Shown here: positions 1 to 11,727 of the stretch, piece after piece | Position numbering within the stretch: position 1 is the first letter of the stretch | Layout: each line of letters starts with the position of its first letter | Assembly (NCBI RefSeq): GCF_006345805.1 | Contig: NC_043014.1 | Location: 33,976,001-34,040,000, forward strand | Origin: Octopus sinensis | Taxonomy: Eukaryota | DNA length: 64,000 bases | Direction: 5' to 3' | Translations under genes and position numbers: made by a program | Notes under the pieces: generated by a model | What the model saw: the letters and a program-made list of their open reading frames with translations, nothing else | Databases searched by the model: none | What the model was told of the DNA's origin: nothing

Positions 1-1048
1 TTCATTGATTCATTCACATTTTTATACATTTGTAGTTTTTTTATAAGTCGAAATATTGATTTTGTGATTTGTTTCCAGAAACATAATATCTAAGGTTTAA
101 AACATGTAATTCAGAAAGAAAATCTTTTCGAAAAATATCAGAAAATGTTACGCATAATTTAAACAAAAGTGAGCTGAGAGTGGCCAGTGGCATGTATTTG
201 AACAACATAGACAAATGCGGGTATATCAAATACCATACAACATAAATTCTTGATTTTTTTTTTTTTTATGTTTCAATTACCTCCAACTTGACATTTATCA
301 CAGTTAGCAAATGGCAATTAAGACCAGCTCCACTTGAGAAAGGGGGATAATCTCAAGAGTCAAGAATTTTCTCCAAAATTGACATGCCATTAAGGAAAAA
401 GACAAGCGTATTGTCTGCAAGTAAGAGGACAGTCGTGGATCCGTGTTTCTACCTCAATAAATGTCATCATCATGACAGCTGTCCAAACCTATCTCCAGCA
501 GCCAAAGGACGTAGACATACGCAAAAAGAGTTGAAGACATTTACGACCAAGGTAATTTACATAAATTAAGCAAAAATGAGCTAAGAGAAATTACAAACAC
601 ATCATTTTCTGGAGCTACAGTATATACATTACATCTCATCTAAAACGCCACGCCTTTGCTATCAAGTAACTGGAGATAGCTACTAAATATCTGATCAATA
701 AAAGAGATAAGGACGCATCTGGACCTCCATGTTGTGATAGAAAATGTCGACTGTCACAAACCAGAGTAAATATCAAAAGAGTCCACATCGTCTCTGAAAA
801 CATTTACCATGTTATACACAAGAAGGATTGTCATGATGGTTATACTAAAGGCCATACCAGAACCGGAATGTATTCCCACTTTTAAAAATAAATAATAGCG
901 GTGAAATATTCCAATAAAAGTAGAAACTCTATATTCTTCAAAGGGACAAGAAGAAAAAGCCATACATTATTGTAGAGATCAGCCGCCCGCCGAATGATAA
1001 ATATTTTATCGAAAATTAGTGACAAAAAGAAATATCTATGGATAATTA

Positions 1049-3371
1049 TGTAACGGCAAAAATTGATTAGTTACTCAATATTATGATATGTTGTGGTCAG
1101 CAGATGCAACGATAAAAAGTTTGTTGTTATAATTGAATACTGTTGGATGTGAAAGATGAACAAGGCATGAAGTTTTAAGAAAGTATTTATTTACCGTTAC
1201 GTTACAAATACCATGCCTCGACGAGCAGGTTTTGATACATCCAAAAGCATGCGAAGTAAAGTTTCTGTTTGTGTTCTCTTCATTGTTTAGTAGTAATTAC
1301 AGAGAGAGATAGAATGATGTTGTAAGAGAACAGAATTGAAGCTAGTGTGTGGGACATTGTCTTTCTTTTCCCCTCAGGCCGTTTTGTCTGCCTGCCCCCA
1401 TGATTCTAGAGGTCGGTTCACTAACTGATGTTAGCTCTCTCTCAACTCACGAGTTTGTCACCAAGGTGACTAACTGATTTTTGCTTGGGGTGTGCTTGCT
1501 TATATAAAGATCCAGAAGGATAGATATATCATTGAGAACAATAGATTTAGTTGGTGGTCTTGTTATCTCTATTCTAGCTTTTGGTGAAGTAGAAGAGGTT
1601 AGAAAGGGTCAAGTGGCGAAGACATTATTTCGGCCAAGCTAAAGACATCTGGAAAATGTAAAACTGCTGTCAGAGAAAAACCTTTTATACCCAGGTTATA
1701 GACTTTCATTCAGGCTTCTTATCATAAGAGAACAGAGCTACGAAAGAGATTTGCATAAAATCCTAGAAATTATGAGTTTCTCAAAAAAAGACAAAAAGAT
1801 ATGATTTACATTCTCCAAATACAGTCGATTAGTGGTACTGCGAAAATTTACAAAGCATTCGGGGCATTTGTAGTTTGAGTATGGAATATACACACGAAGA
1901 TTCACATTCACAAATACACAAGCAGACGTACATTTACAAAATACAACATAACTAGCAATGAAGCATACACTCTTTTGTACCAAAGTAACATTCACTATCT
2001 GACTGCAAGCTTATCCATACGCGAGTATGCACGCACCGACCAATTCAGATATTCACAAATCCCAAAGACTGTCTTGACAAAAGAGCTTTGTCACTTTATC
2101 AATGACCGGTTTGAATTCTACAAAGGTAAAAATTTAAAGGAAAAATACATACACACACATTAAAAATCAATTAAGCTGAACAACATTGTGAACACTATTC
2201 AACCATAGTTTCATTTATTATACAGACACACAGACATGTATGTGTATACATGTGTACATCGTCATAATTTTTATGTTCATTCTGCAAATTTTTTTTAATG
2301 TAAAACCGCACATTAAAACATATTTTGTTCCACTTTGAGAGATTATTGTCAACAAAAACATGCGCTCTGGTTATAATTCATATCTTTATTGTTAACCAAT
2401 TATATCGTTTTGATTGCCAAATATCTCTTTGACCTTCACAATTAATTTCCCATTGGATCTGGTTTACTTCATAAATGGTACTAAGCACTATTTTTGTTAC
2501 CAAACATGTTTTTATACTATGTGTACGTTGTGACCAAACTATAATAATTTAGCCAAACTTTGTCACACTCCTGTCACATTTTGTACAGCCTGCCTCTTGA
2601 TTTGCTTTCAAAAAAGAATGTGTAGTGGATCTTGCATGCATGAAATGAATTCGATCCACCATAGCCAAATTTAAATTAACACTGCAACAGAACTTTTCCC
2701 ACAGTGGAACAATGGTTTTTCTCTGACAGCAGTTTTAAATTTTCCAGATGCCTTTAGCTAGGCCGAAATAATGTCTCTACCACTTGACCTTTTCTAACTT
2801 CTTCTACTTCACCAAAAGCTAGAACAGAGATAACAAGACCACCAACTAAATCTATTGTTCTCAATGATATGTCTATCCTTCTGGATAGTTATAAAAGCAA
2901 GAACACTCCAAGCAAAAATCAGTCGGTGACGACTCAACGAGTCCAGTCACATGGTGACGACTCAATCAGTTAGTCACTACGGTAACAACGAAGTCTGGCT
3001 GACCAGCTAGAACCTTGGTCAGAGGGAGAAATGAAGTTTACTGTCAGCAGCTGTGAGGCAACACCCTACAACTCTCTCTAGCTCTAATTCTGTTCTCTTA
3101 CAACATCATTCTATCTTTCTCTGTAATTACTACTAAACAATGAAGCGGGCACAAACACAAACTTTACTTTGCATGCTTTTGGACTTACCATAACCTGCCC
3201 GTCGAGGCAAGGTATTGTAACATAATGGTAAATAAATATTTCCTTAAAACTTCATGCATTGTTCACCTTTCACATCCTACAACATGCAATTATAACAACA
3301 AATTTTTATCGTTGCAACTGCTGACTCCGACATATCATCATATTGTTTACAAATCAATTTCTCCCGTTACA
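1049..3371. mobile_element. Structure bounded by imperfect ~630-bp inverted repeats (1049-1682 / 2714-3371)
   Basis: Arms align in reverse complement except for a diverged middle ~130 bp; outer ends are TGTAACGG...CCGTTACA. Confidence 0.6.
2407..2622. repeat. ~215-bp direct repeat, second copy at 4561-4775
   Basis: gttttgattgccaaatatctctttgacc...aaagaatgt is present twice with scattered substitutions. Confidence 0.8.
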
Positions 3372-3469
3372 AGTGGTGACCCTGAACAAGAGAATTGCAG
3401 CCTTCCCCAGAACCAACCATTACATTCCGGTGAAAGCTAGTGTTTCTTTTTGACTCCGTGTGTGTTGTG

Positions 3470-3805
3470 CTTAAAAACTTGTTTATATTCTTGAATGTGA
3501 TAAAGTGTACAATTAGATTATTATCCTGCTTCCAGCTTCAGTGTTGCTGCTAGGATTTGAAAAATAGGGCACATCTCCTCCCTTTATTTTGTGATTTAGG
3601 TGGGGGGTTGAAAAACAAGGGGGAATTCGCGGCCGTGTTCAGTGAACAAATTAAACACAGTACCTAGCAGTGGCTAAAACGCGAACCGTTCAAGTATAAA
3701 TTTTCTTTTTATATGTTTGTTTCCTTCTACACAATATTAAAACAACGGCTAAAACTTTTCTGAAGCACCACCCCCAGTAATTTTATCTACGAGCCGCCAC
3801 TACCG
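3470..3805 (-). mobile_element. Dispersed DNA-transposon-like end (hAT-like terminus), inverted copy at ~39166-39510
   Basis: Reverse-complement match to 39166-39510, which begins CAGTGGTGGCTCGTAG and contains GGCCGCGAATTCCCC; superfamily call is tentative. Confidence 0.6.
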
Positions 3806-3983
3806 AAATGTGAATGTTCAATCCTTATTTGTCAGACTAATCCTGGAGTATCTTGATGAAACGAAACGCACATTTAAATAATTTTGAATTTAATATTTAA
3901 CAGAAATGACGATTCCAATTTACCATATATATTGGTGTATAAGACGCGATTAATTATCATTAGTTGTGGTATTCTTATGTGAA

Positions 3984-4317
3984 GGCGCAATGGCCCAGTG
4001 GTTAGGGCTGTGGGCTCGCGGTCTTAGGATCGCGGTTTCATTTCCCATGTTTATTCGGCGAAAACACCTAAAGCTCCACAAGCTCCGGCAGGTGAATCCT
4101 GCTGTATTCTTTTACCTCAACTTTCTCTCACTTTGTCTTCCTGTTTCTGTTGTACCTGTATTTCAAAGGGCCAGCCTTGTCACACTCTGTGTCACGCTGA
4201 ATCTCCCCGAGTCAATATGTGGAATGTATAGCCACTTGCACGTTAATTTCACGAGTAAGGCTGTTCCGTTGATCGGATCAACTAGAACACTCGTCGTCGT
4301 AATCGACGGAATGCCAT
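3984..4317 (+). mobile_element. tRNA-derived SINE, family C
   Basis: Head GGCGCAATGGCCCAGTGGTTAGG (A box) ... GGTTTC (B-box-like); related copies at ~12734, 16650, 18085, 22065, 22420, 40905 and 60855. Confidence 0.8.
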
Positions 4318-4905
4318 TCATTAGTATTCTTAAATGTGATTCGGAATATATTTGTTTTTAGTTTTGTTTTTTCCACAAAATATCCATTTTTTTACAAGAA
4401 TTTAGTGGGGTTTGTCTTATGCAAGAATGCGTCTTATACACTGACAAATATGGCATACAAAAATCTATAGCCTTCATTATGTGGTATGGGACATCAAGGT
4501 ACAGATGTTCCGAAATTCCGCCGATATTGCATTATTCTATTATGTTGTTCTCACAACATTGTTTTGATTGCCAAATATCTCTTTGACCTTCTCAATTAAT
4601 TTCCCATTGGATCTGGTTTACTTCGTAAACGGTACTAAGCACTATTTTTGTTGCCAAGCATGTTTTAATGCTATGTGTACGTTGTGGCCAAATTATAATA
4701 ATTTAGCCAAACTTTGTTACACTCCTGTCATATTTTGTACATCCTGCCTCTTAATTTGCATCCAAAAAGAATGTATATTATTGGTACACACTGTTATAGA
4801 TGTGTACCAATCATCACGAATGAATCATCTCAAAATGAATCATCACCCTGTGTCCATTCTAATGCAGCAATAAGATTCTCCACACTTCTGATATTGATTT
4901 CAAAT

Positions 4906-5108
4906 GTTGGCATAAGGCCAGCAGGTTTGGGCGAAGAGTAAGTCGATTACATCATCTGCAGTGATTAACTGGTCCTTATTTTATCAACCCCGAAAAGATA
5001 AAAGGCAAAAGTCGACCTCGGCGGAATTTGAACTCAAAACATAAAGATAGACGAAATGCCGCTAATCATTTTGCCCGGGGAGGGAACGAATCTGCCAAGT
5101 CGTCGCCT
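4906..5108 (-). mobile_element. Diverged SINE family A
   Basis: Matches the family-A core (GTCGACCTCGGCGGAATTTGAACTC). Confidence 0.75.
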
Positions 5109-5139
5109 TAACATTATATCACATCACCTTCATATCTTC

Positions 5140-5548
5140 TTTTTATCTTTTTACTTGTTTCAGTCATTCGACTGCGGCCATGCTGGAGCACCGCCTTTTA
5201 GTCGAGCAAATCGACCCCGGGACTTATTCTTTGTAAGCCCAGTACTTATTCTATCGGTCTCTTTTGCCAAACCGCTAAGTGACGGGGACGTAAACACACC
5301 AGCATCGGTTGTCAAGCAATGCTAGGGGGACAAACACAGACACATAAACACACACACACATACATATATATATATACATATATACGACAGGCTTCTTTCA
5401 GTTTCCGCCTACCAAATCCACTCACAAGGCATTGGTCGGCCCGGGGCTATAGCAGAAGACACTTGCCCAAGTTGCCACGCAGTGGGACTGAACCCGGAAC
5501 CATGTGGTTGGTTAGCAAGCTACTTACCACACAGCCACTCCTGCGCCT
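5140..5548 (-). mobile_element. SINE family B (tRNA head, internal CA/TA microsatellite)
   Basis: Reverse complement of AGGAGTGGCTGTGTGGTAAGTAGC...GGTTCCGGGTTCAGTCCC...GAAACAAGTAAAAGA; many copies in the window. Confidence 0.88.
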
Positions 5549-5576
5549 ATATTAGTCATTTCAATTAAACTGTACC

Positions 5577-6545
5577 TATTTCTTTGCTACCCACAAGGTG
5601 CTAAACACAGAGAGGACAAACAAGGACAGACAAACGGATTAAGTCGATTATATCGACTCCAGTGCGAAACTGGTACTTATTTAATCGACCCTGAAAGGAT
5701 GAAAGGCAAAGTCGACCTCGGTGGAATTTGAACTCAGAACGTAACGGCGGACGAAATACTTATTTCTTTACTACCCACAAGGGGCTAAACACAGAGAGGA
5801 CAAACAAAGACAGACAAACGGATTAAGTCGATTATATCGACTCCAGTGCGAAACTGGTACTTATTTAATCGACCCTGAAAGGATGAAAGGCAAAGTCGAC
5901 CTCGGTGGAATTTGAACTCAGAACGTAACGGCGGACGAAATACTTATTTCTTTACTACCCACAAGGGGCTAAACACAGAGAGGACAAACAAAGACAGACA
6001 AACGGATTAAGCCGATTATATCGACCCCAGTGCGAAACTGGTACTTATTTAATCGACCCTGAAAGGATGAAAGGCAAAGTCGACCTCGGTGGAATTTGAA
6101 CTCAGAACGTAACGGCGGACGAAATACTTATTTCTTTACTACCCACAAGGGGCTAAACACAGAGAGGACAAACAAAGACAGACAAACGGATTAAGCCGAT
6201 TATATCGACCCCAGTGCGAAACTGGTACTTATTTAATCGACCCTGAAAGGATGAAAGGCAAAGTCGACCTCGGTGGAATTTGAACTCAGAACGTAACGGC
6301 GGACGAAATACTTATTTCTTTACTACCCACAAGGGGCTAAACACAGAGAGGACAAACAAAGACAGACAAACGGATTAAGTCGATTATATCGACTCCAGTG
6401 CGAAACTGGTACTTATTTAATCGACCCTGAAAGGATGAAAGGCAAAGTCGACCTCGGTGGAATTTGAACTCAGAACGTAACGGCGGACGAAATACCGCCA
6501 AGCATTTCGCCCGGCGTGCTAACGTTTCTGCCACCTCGCCGCCTT
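5577..6545 (-). repeat. Tandem array of five 184-bp SINE family A bodies ending in one SINE head
   Basis: Marker ggatgaaagg recurs at 5697, 5881, 6065, 6249 and 6433 (period 184); only the last unit continues into the head ...ctgccacctcgccgcctt. Confidence 0.93.
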
Positions 6546-6865
6546 AAACTGTACCATCATCATCCTGTGTCCGTTCTATTGCGACAATAAGATATCAATG
6601 ACTCTATCACCTTCACCACCTGCGAACACCCGTCTCCCCACTCCCAGCTCTTTCTTACACCATTTCTCGTTTCTACAACCTTCGACTTAGTTTTCTACGT
6701 AATATTCTACCCAGACATTGCATCACCCACCCACAGTACCTCTGTAATCGTTAATAACCTTGAAGTGTTCGCAGTGAACATTAACCTTTGCAAGTTAAAC
6801 TGAATGGCTGAAGAGGCCTGAGACACGCCCCTCTTTTCTGCTGCATGCTAATAATTTTCTTATTA

Positions 6866-7090
6866 AATGTATGTATGTATGTATGTATTTATGTATGTAT
6901 GTATGTATGTATGTATGTATGTATGTATGTATGTATGTATGTATGTATGTATGTATGTATGTATGTATGTATGTATGTATGTATGTATGTATGTATGTAT
7001 GTATGTATGTATGTATGTATGTATGTATGTATGTATGTATGTATGTATGTATGTATGTATGTATGTATGCATGTATGCATGTATGTATGT
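6866..7090. repeat. (ATGT)n tetranucleotide microsatellite upstream of the HMBS start
   Basis: Near-pure ATGT array of about 55 units, followed by TG tracts to ~7230. Confidence 0.97.
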
Positions 7091-7161
7091 GTGTGAGAGA
7101 GAGGCGGAGAAGATAGCGTGTAGATGTGCCTGTAAGTGTATGTATATGTATGTAGGTGTTT

Positions 7162-7192
<31 letters not shown>

Positions 7193-7456
7193 AGGTGATC
7201 CTTCGTGTGTGTGTGTGTGTGTGTGTGTGCACGTGTAACTTTGGAATCTGTTTCTGCCATCAAAAATATAGTATGAATATAATTGTAAATAATAGACGAT
7301 AGAAAGAAAAATGAAATTTACTGCTGCATTTGACGTGGCTTAGAAATTAAATGTCAGTCACATCACCACTACAGCGAAATTAACTAGCGCTACTTATTGT
7401 TACTAGTTATGTTAAAGGTAACGTCTATAATAACGACACCGGTTAGTGAAGACAGC

Positions 7457-7540
7457 ATGGCAGATCTACCATCACATGGTTGTCGGCAACCTTCTACCGA
7501 ATCATCGCGCGGTATTAAAGTCGGTTCCCGAAAAAGTCAA
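7457..7540 (+). CDS. HMBS: HMBS coding exon 1 ([28 protein letters not shown])
   Basis: ATG in context AGCATGG; ends with the PBGD motif IKVGSRKSQ followed by donor GTAAGA, phase 0. An upstream start or non-coding exon cannot be excluded. Confidence 0.88.
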
Positions 7541-10500
7541 GTAAGAAACATTCTCTTTCGTTTGTGAATAGACATTATCCCCAACCTTGACATTTTTTTT
7601 TTTCAGATATTTAATTCAAAGTTCTAGTTTGCCGGTCTAGTAAATTAGTTGGTGACATCTCTGATTTCTAACTCATACAAACACGCGTATCTTCTCCTTC
7701 TCTGTTATAATTATCGCTATAAAGTTGAAAGAAAATTTTATAAAGTACTAACTTCGCTATTATTGTATATTTTCTTTTATTTGTAAGCTGAGATTGAATT
7801 TTCTATCATATTTAACTTTGGGGGCCGGCCTATAAAAAAGTCTTTAAAGTATGCGAAGTATCTATTGGCCGGTGATTCTACTTAAGTGATCATTTCACAC
7901 TAGGTCGATAATATCGATTTTCGATATGGGTAGATATTTTCTCGATCACAGAGGCTGAAAGTCAAGTTCGTTCCTGCTGTTGATTGAATCCAGTGAAAAA
8001 CATATGCATAGCTTTTGATAATCTTCTGTATTTCGATATCAACATTTAAACCAGTGCACAGAATTAAATTTCTGCAACCGCTATATGATCGACCACAAGC
8101 TGTCATATAACTTTTGTGTGTGTTCTTTTTTTAATTTAATATACCAAATATATAAATAAAATAGCACCCCAATAAAAATTAAACTTGTTTATTTCGCTTT
8201 TATTTATTTTTTTATAATTCTAACTAAGTTTCAAAAACTCAAGGACCACCTAATTTTCGGTAATAACCTGCCGATGCATGTTTAACTTTTATTCTGTCTA
8301 ATCTTATCACTAACTTGACTAGGCTTTCCCATTTTAACTTGGTATCATTGATTATCTTCTCGAGTAGATTGCAGTGTTGCATTGATAAGGTTAAAATATA
8401 ATCAGCAAGTATTTAGTAAGACAAGCTTCTCTGTTATCTTGATATGTTTTCTTTTAAGAAATCTGGTTATTTTAAAAGTTGTTTTGTCCTGCAGTCATTT
8501 CGTTACTACAGGTGTCTCCGGTTTATTTAATGAGGGGGAAATGTGATGTCTTATTCATACCTTTTCCCCGATGGCTTTGGTTTGTGTAAGCAAAGATAGG
8601 TTGTTATCTCTCGGAATTGCCAACCTCTATATAAACAATGGCTTAAGCAGCAGGTTTTTATGTGTTTCAGTCATTGAAATGCAGCCATGCTAGGGCATCG
8701 CCTTCACAAGTTTTAGTCGAACAAATCGACCCCAGTACTTGTGGGGAATTTTTTTTTTTGTATTCTTTCTTTTTAAGTCTAGTACTTATTCTTTCGTTCA
8801 TTGTGGTAGAACCGCTAAAGCACGGGACGTAAACATGCCAACGTTGGTTGTCAATTAGTGGAGAGGGGTCCCACACACACACATAAATATACGACGAACT
8901 TCTACGCAGTTTCTGTCTGCCAAATTTACTCACAATGCATTGGTTAGCGTAGAAGACACTTTCCCAAAGTGCCCTACAGTGGGTCTGAACCTGAAGCCAC
9001 ATACTTCGAAAGCAAGCCTCTTAAACACACAACCATACCTAATTTTATATATGTAATATGATGAATGGAAAAAGTTCGATGAACTCCCTCTAGTTGTCAA
9101 AACAAACGAGAGATAACTCTAATAAGATCACTTGAACACTATCACTATAATTAATTTCGATTCTCCCCTCATTTACCATTCACTACATTCAACCCTACCC
9201 AACCATCTCAACATTCACCCCTGTCTCCTCTCTAATAATTTCTCACTCTACCCTCACACTCTTGCAACCTGTACCCATCCACCCTTCCTAATCTTCTGTA
9301 CACACTCTCTATCTCTATTCCCCTTGAGGATATAGTCTGATACTTCGTCACTACTATCTTTATCTCTTTCCAGCTCCCTCCTAATTACTTCAATAGGAAG
9401 GGCATCAACTGTACAAAAGTAGACATTGGAGCTGAATGCAGTCCTCCAACCTTGTTGGACCCTGTTAAACTGTCCAATCCATGCCTGCATGAATATACTA
9501 GAATGTAGTTTCTGATGTAGAGAAAGATGAGATTGTGTAGGCAGAACTCTGTTCAGTGTACATGATGTAAACTATAGACACAAACAAATCTGTAGCGAGA
9601 TGATGAGCAGGCTGACAGGGACAGTAGATTTTATATGTATCTGATGATTAGGGACACTCATGAAATAGATTCTCTTAAATGCTTTCACAATTCCCTAGAA
9701 GTAGTTAATGGCTTTGTAAGGGACCATGCAACATGAAGCAACAAGAATGGCTCTTTTGTACCACATCACACAGGGTTAATATCTAGATCTGCACCCAGTA
9801 GGAAAAATGGAAACAAAAATGTGTAACAGTTGTAATGCACTGTATATTAAAGGAATAATCCAGAAATAAAATTTGACTGTTCACCTTTTAAAACCTCTAA
9901 TTTTAAAGTAAGCTGTGTGACATGGTTGATTGAGACAGCTAATACTTCTCAATTGCACTCAATTTTCCTGCTCAAAACACCCCAAAAAAACTATGAAACC
10001 TAACAGCTTTTAATGTTCTACATTCAACCCCACTGTGCAGCCTCTTTGGTAAATGTCTCCTTCCATACATCACATTAATACAAGCTTTGTGAGTAAAATT
10101 TGATAGACTGAAACTGTGGAAACTCATTAAAGAGATTGTTTTTGTTCTTGGGTGGTAGACTTAACCCTTTCATTACCATATTTCTGTTGAAATACTCTTT
10201 TACTTGTTTCTGTCATTTGACTGCGGCCATGCTGGAGCACCGCCTTTAGTTGAGCAAATCGACCCCAGGACTTATTCTTTGTAAGCCTAGTTCTTATTCT
10301 ATCGGTCACTTTTGTCGAACCGCTAAGTTACGGGGACGTAAACACACCAGCATCGGTTGTCAAATGATGCTGGGGTAACAAACACAGACACACAAACATA
10401 TATATATATATATATATATATATCCTTTCCTCCCTTGGACACACAAAGACCTGTTGAGGCAAGCAAAGTCGATATCGAACCTCATCCGACGACAGGCATC

Positions 10501-11651
10501 TATGCCAATCCCCCTTTGCTTGCGAAGACCTGTTGGGGCAAGTGAAATCGAAATTGAACCAATCCTATGACTGGCACCCAGCAGGTGCCAGGACCTCTGG
10601 ACTGGAGATACGTAAAAAGCACTATCTGAATCGTGGCCGATGCCAGCGCCGCTTCGACTGGCTTCCGTGTCGGTGGCACGTAAAAAGCACCATCTGAATC
10701 GTGGCCGAAGCCAGTGCCGCCTCGACTGGCTTCCGTGCAGGTGGCACGTAAAATGCACCAATCCGACCGTGGCCAATGCCAGCCTCACCTGGCACCAGTG
10801 CAGGTGGCACGTAAAAAGCACCCACTACACTCTCAGAGTGGTTGGCGTTAGGAAGGGCATCCAGCTGTAGAAACTTTGCCAGATAAGACCGGAGCCTGGT
10901 GCAGCCTTCTGGCTTCCCAGATCCCCGGTCGAACCGTCCAACCCATGCTAGCATGGAGAACGGACGTTAAACGATGATGATGATGATATATAGGCATATA
11001 TACGATGGGCTTCTTTCAGTTTCCGTCTACCAAATCCACTTACAAGGCTTTGGTCGGCCTGAGGCCATAGTAGAAGACACTTGCCCAAGAACCATGTGGT
11101 TGGTAAGCAAGCTACTTACCACACAGCCACTCAGAATTTGAACTGACATTATTTCTGAGTCCTCATTAAATCAGCTTGGTGAAGAGTCTGGAGTAGTTGT
11201 TGACTTAGTGGTGACCTCACCAAAAGTTGGTCAGATGACAGCAACCTTGTTCAGTTAGAAATTTACTAAACCTACGTGCCATCTACTTAATCTCTCTGTA
11301 GAATTATTTACACAACTTATGTTATAGATCAGTTGTAAGTGGCTTGCTTACCAACTACATGGTTCCGGGTTCAGTCCTACTGCATGGCACCTTGAGCAAG
11401 TTTCTTCTTCTATAACCTTGGGCCGACCAAAGCCTTGTGAGTGGATTTGGTAGACGGAAACTGAAAGAAGCCTGTCCTGTGTGTGTGTGTATATATATAT
11501 GTATATATATATATAGCCATCTAGTCTGGTGCAACCATCTGGTTTGCCAGACCTCAGTCAAATCGTCCAACCCATGCTATCATGGAAAGCGGATGTTAAA
11601 CGATGATGATGATGATGATATATATATAGATATATATATATATATATATAG

Positions 11652-11727
<76 letters not shown>

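Noticed and set aside
3984-4060. tRNA genes suggested by A/B boxes here and at ~41130-41207, ~22835 and ~34485
   Set aside because: They continue into SINE bodies and lack a complete cloverleaf, so they are tRNA-derived SINE heads.
6337-6534. Recurrent small protein [10 protein letters not shown]…SEFKFHRGRL (also 45069, 46507, 57158)
   Set aside because: Read-through of SINE family A.
5577-6545. CRISPR-like appearance of the 184-bp, 50-bp (27595) and 56-bp (58416) arrays
   Set aside because: Contiguous tandem units with no unique spacers, eukaryotic context and no cas genes.
6845-7263. Overlapping ORFs of MYVC/HTYI repeats; likewise ORFs at 25515-25822, 33137-34283, 50088-50680 and 58874-59170
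   Set aside because: Translations of microsatellites, not genes.
7820-7900. Alternative intron-1 promoter (GC stretch plus TATAAAA), by analogy with the vertebrate erythroid promoter
   Set aside because: A single short motif in AT-rich DNA with no downstream exon evidence.
9330-9800. Possible CR1/L2 relic here and at ~12050-12330
   Set aside because: Similarity by eye was too weak to support a call.
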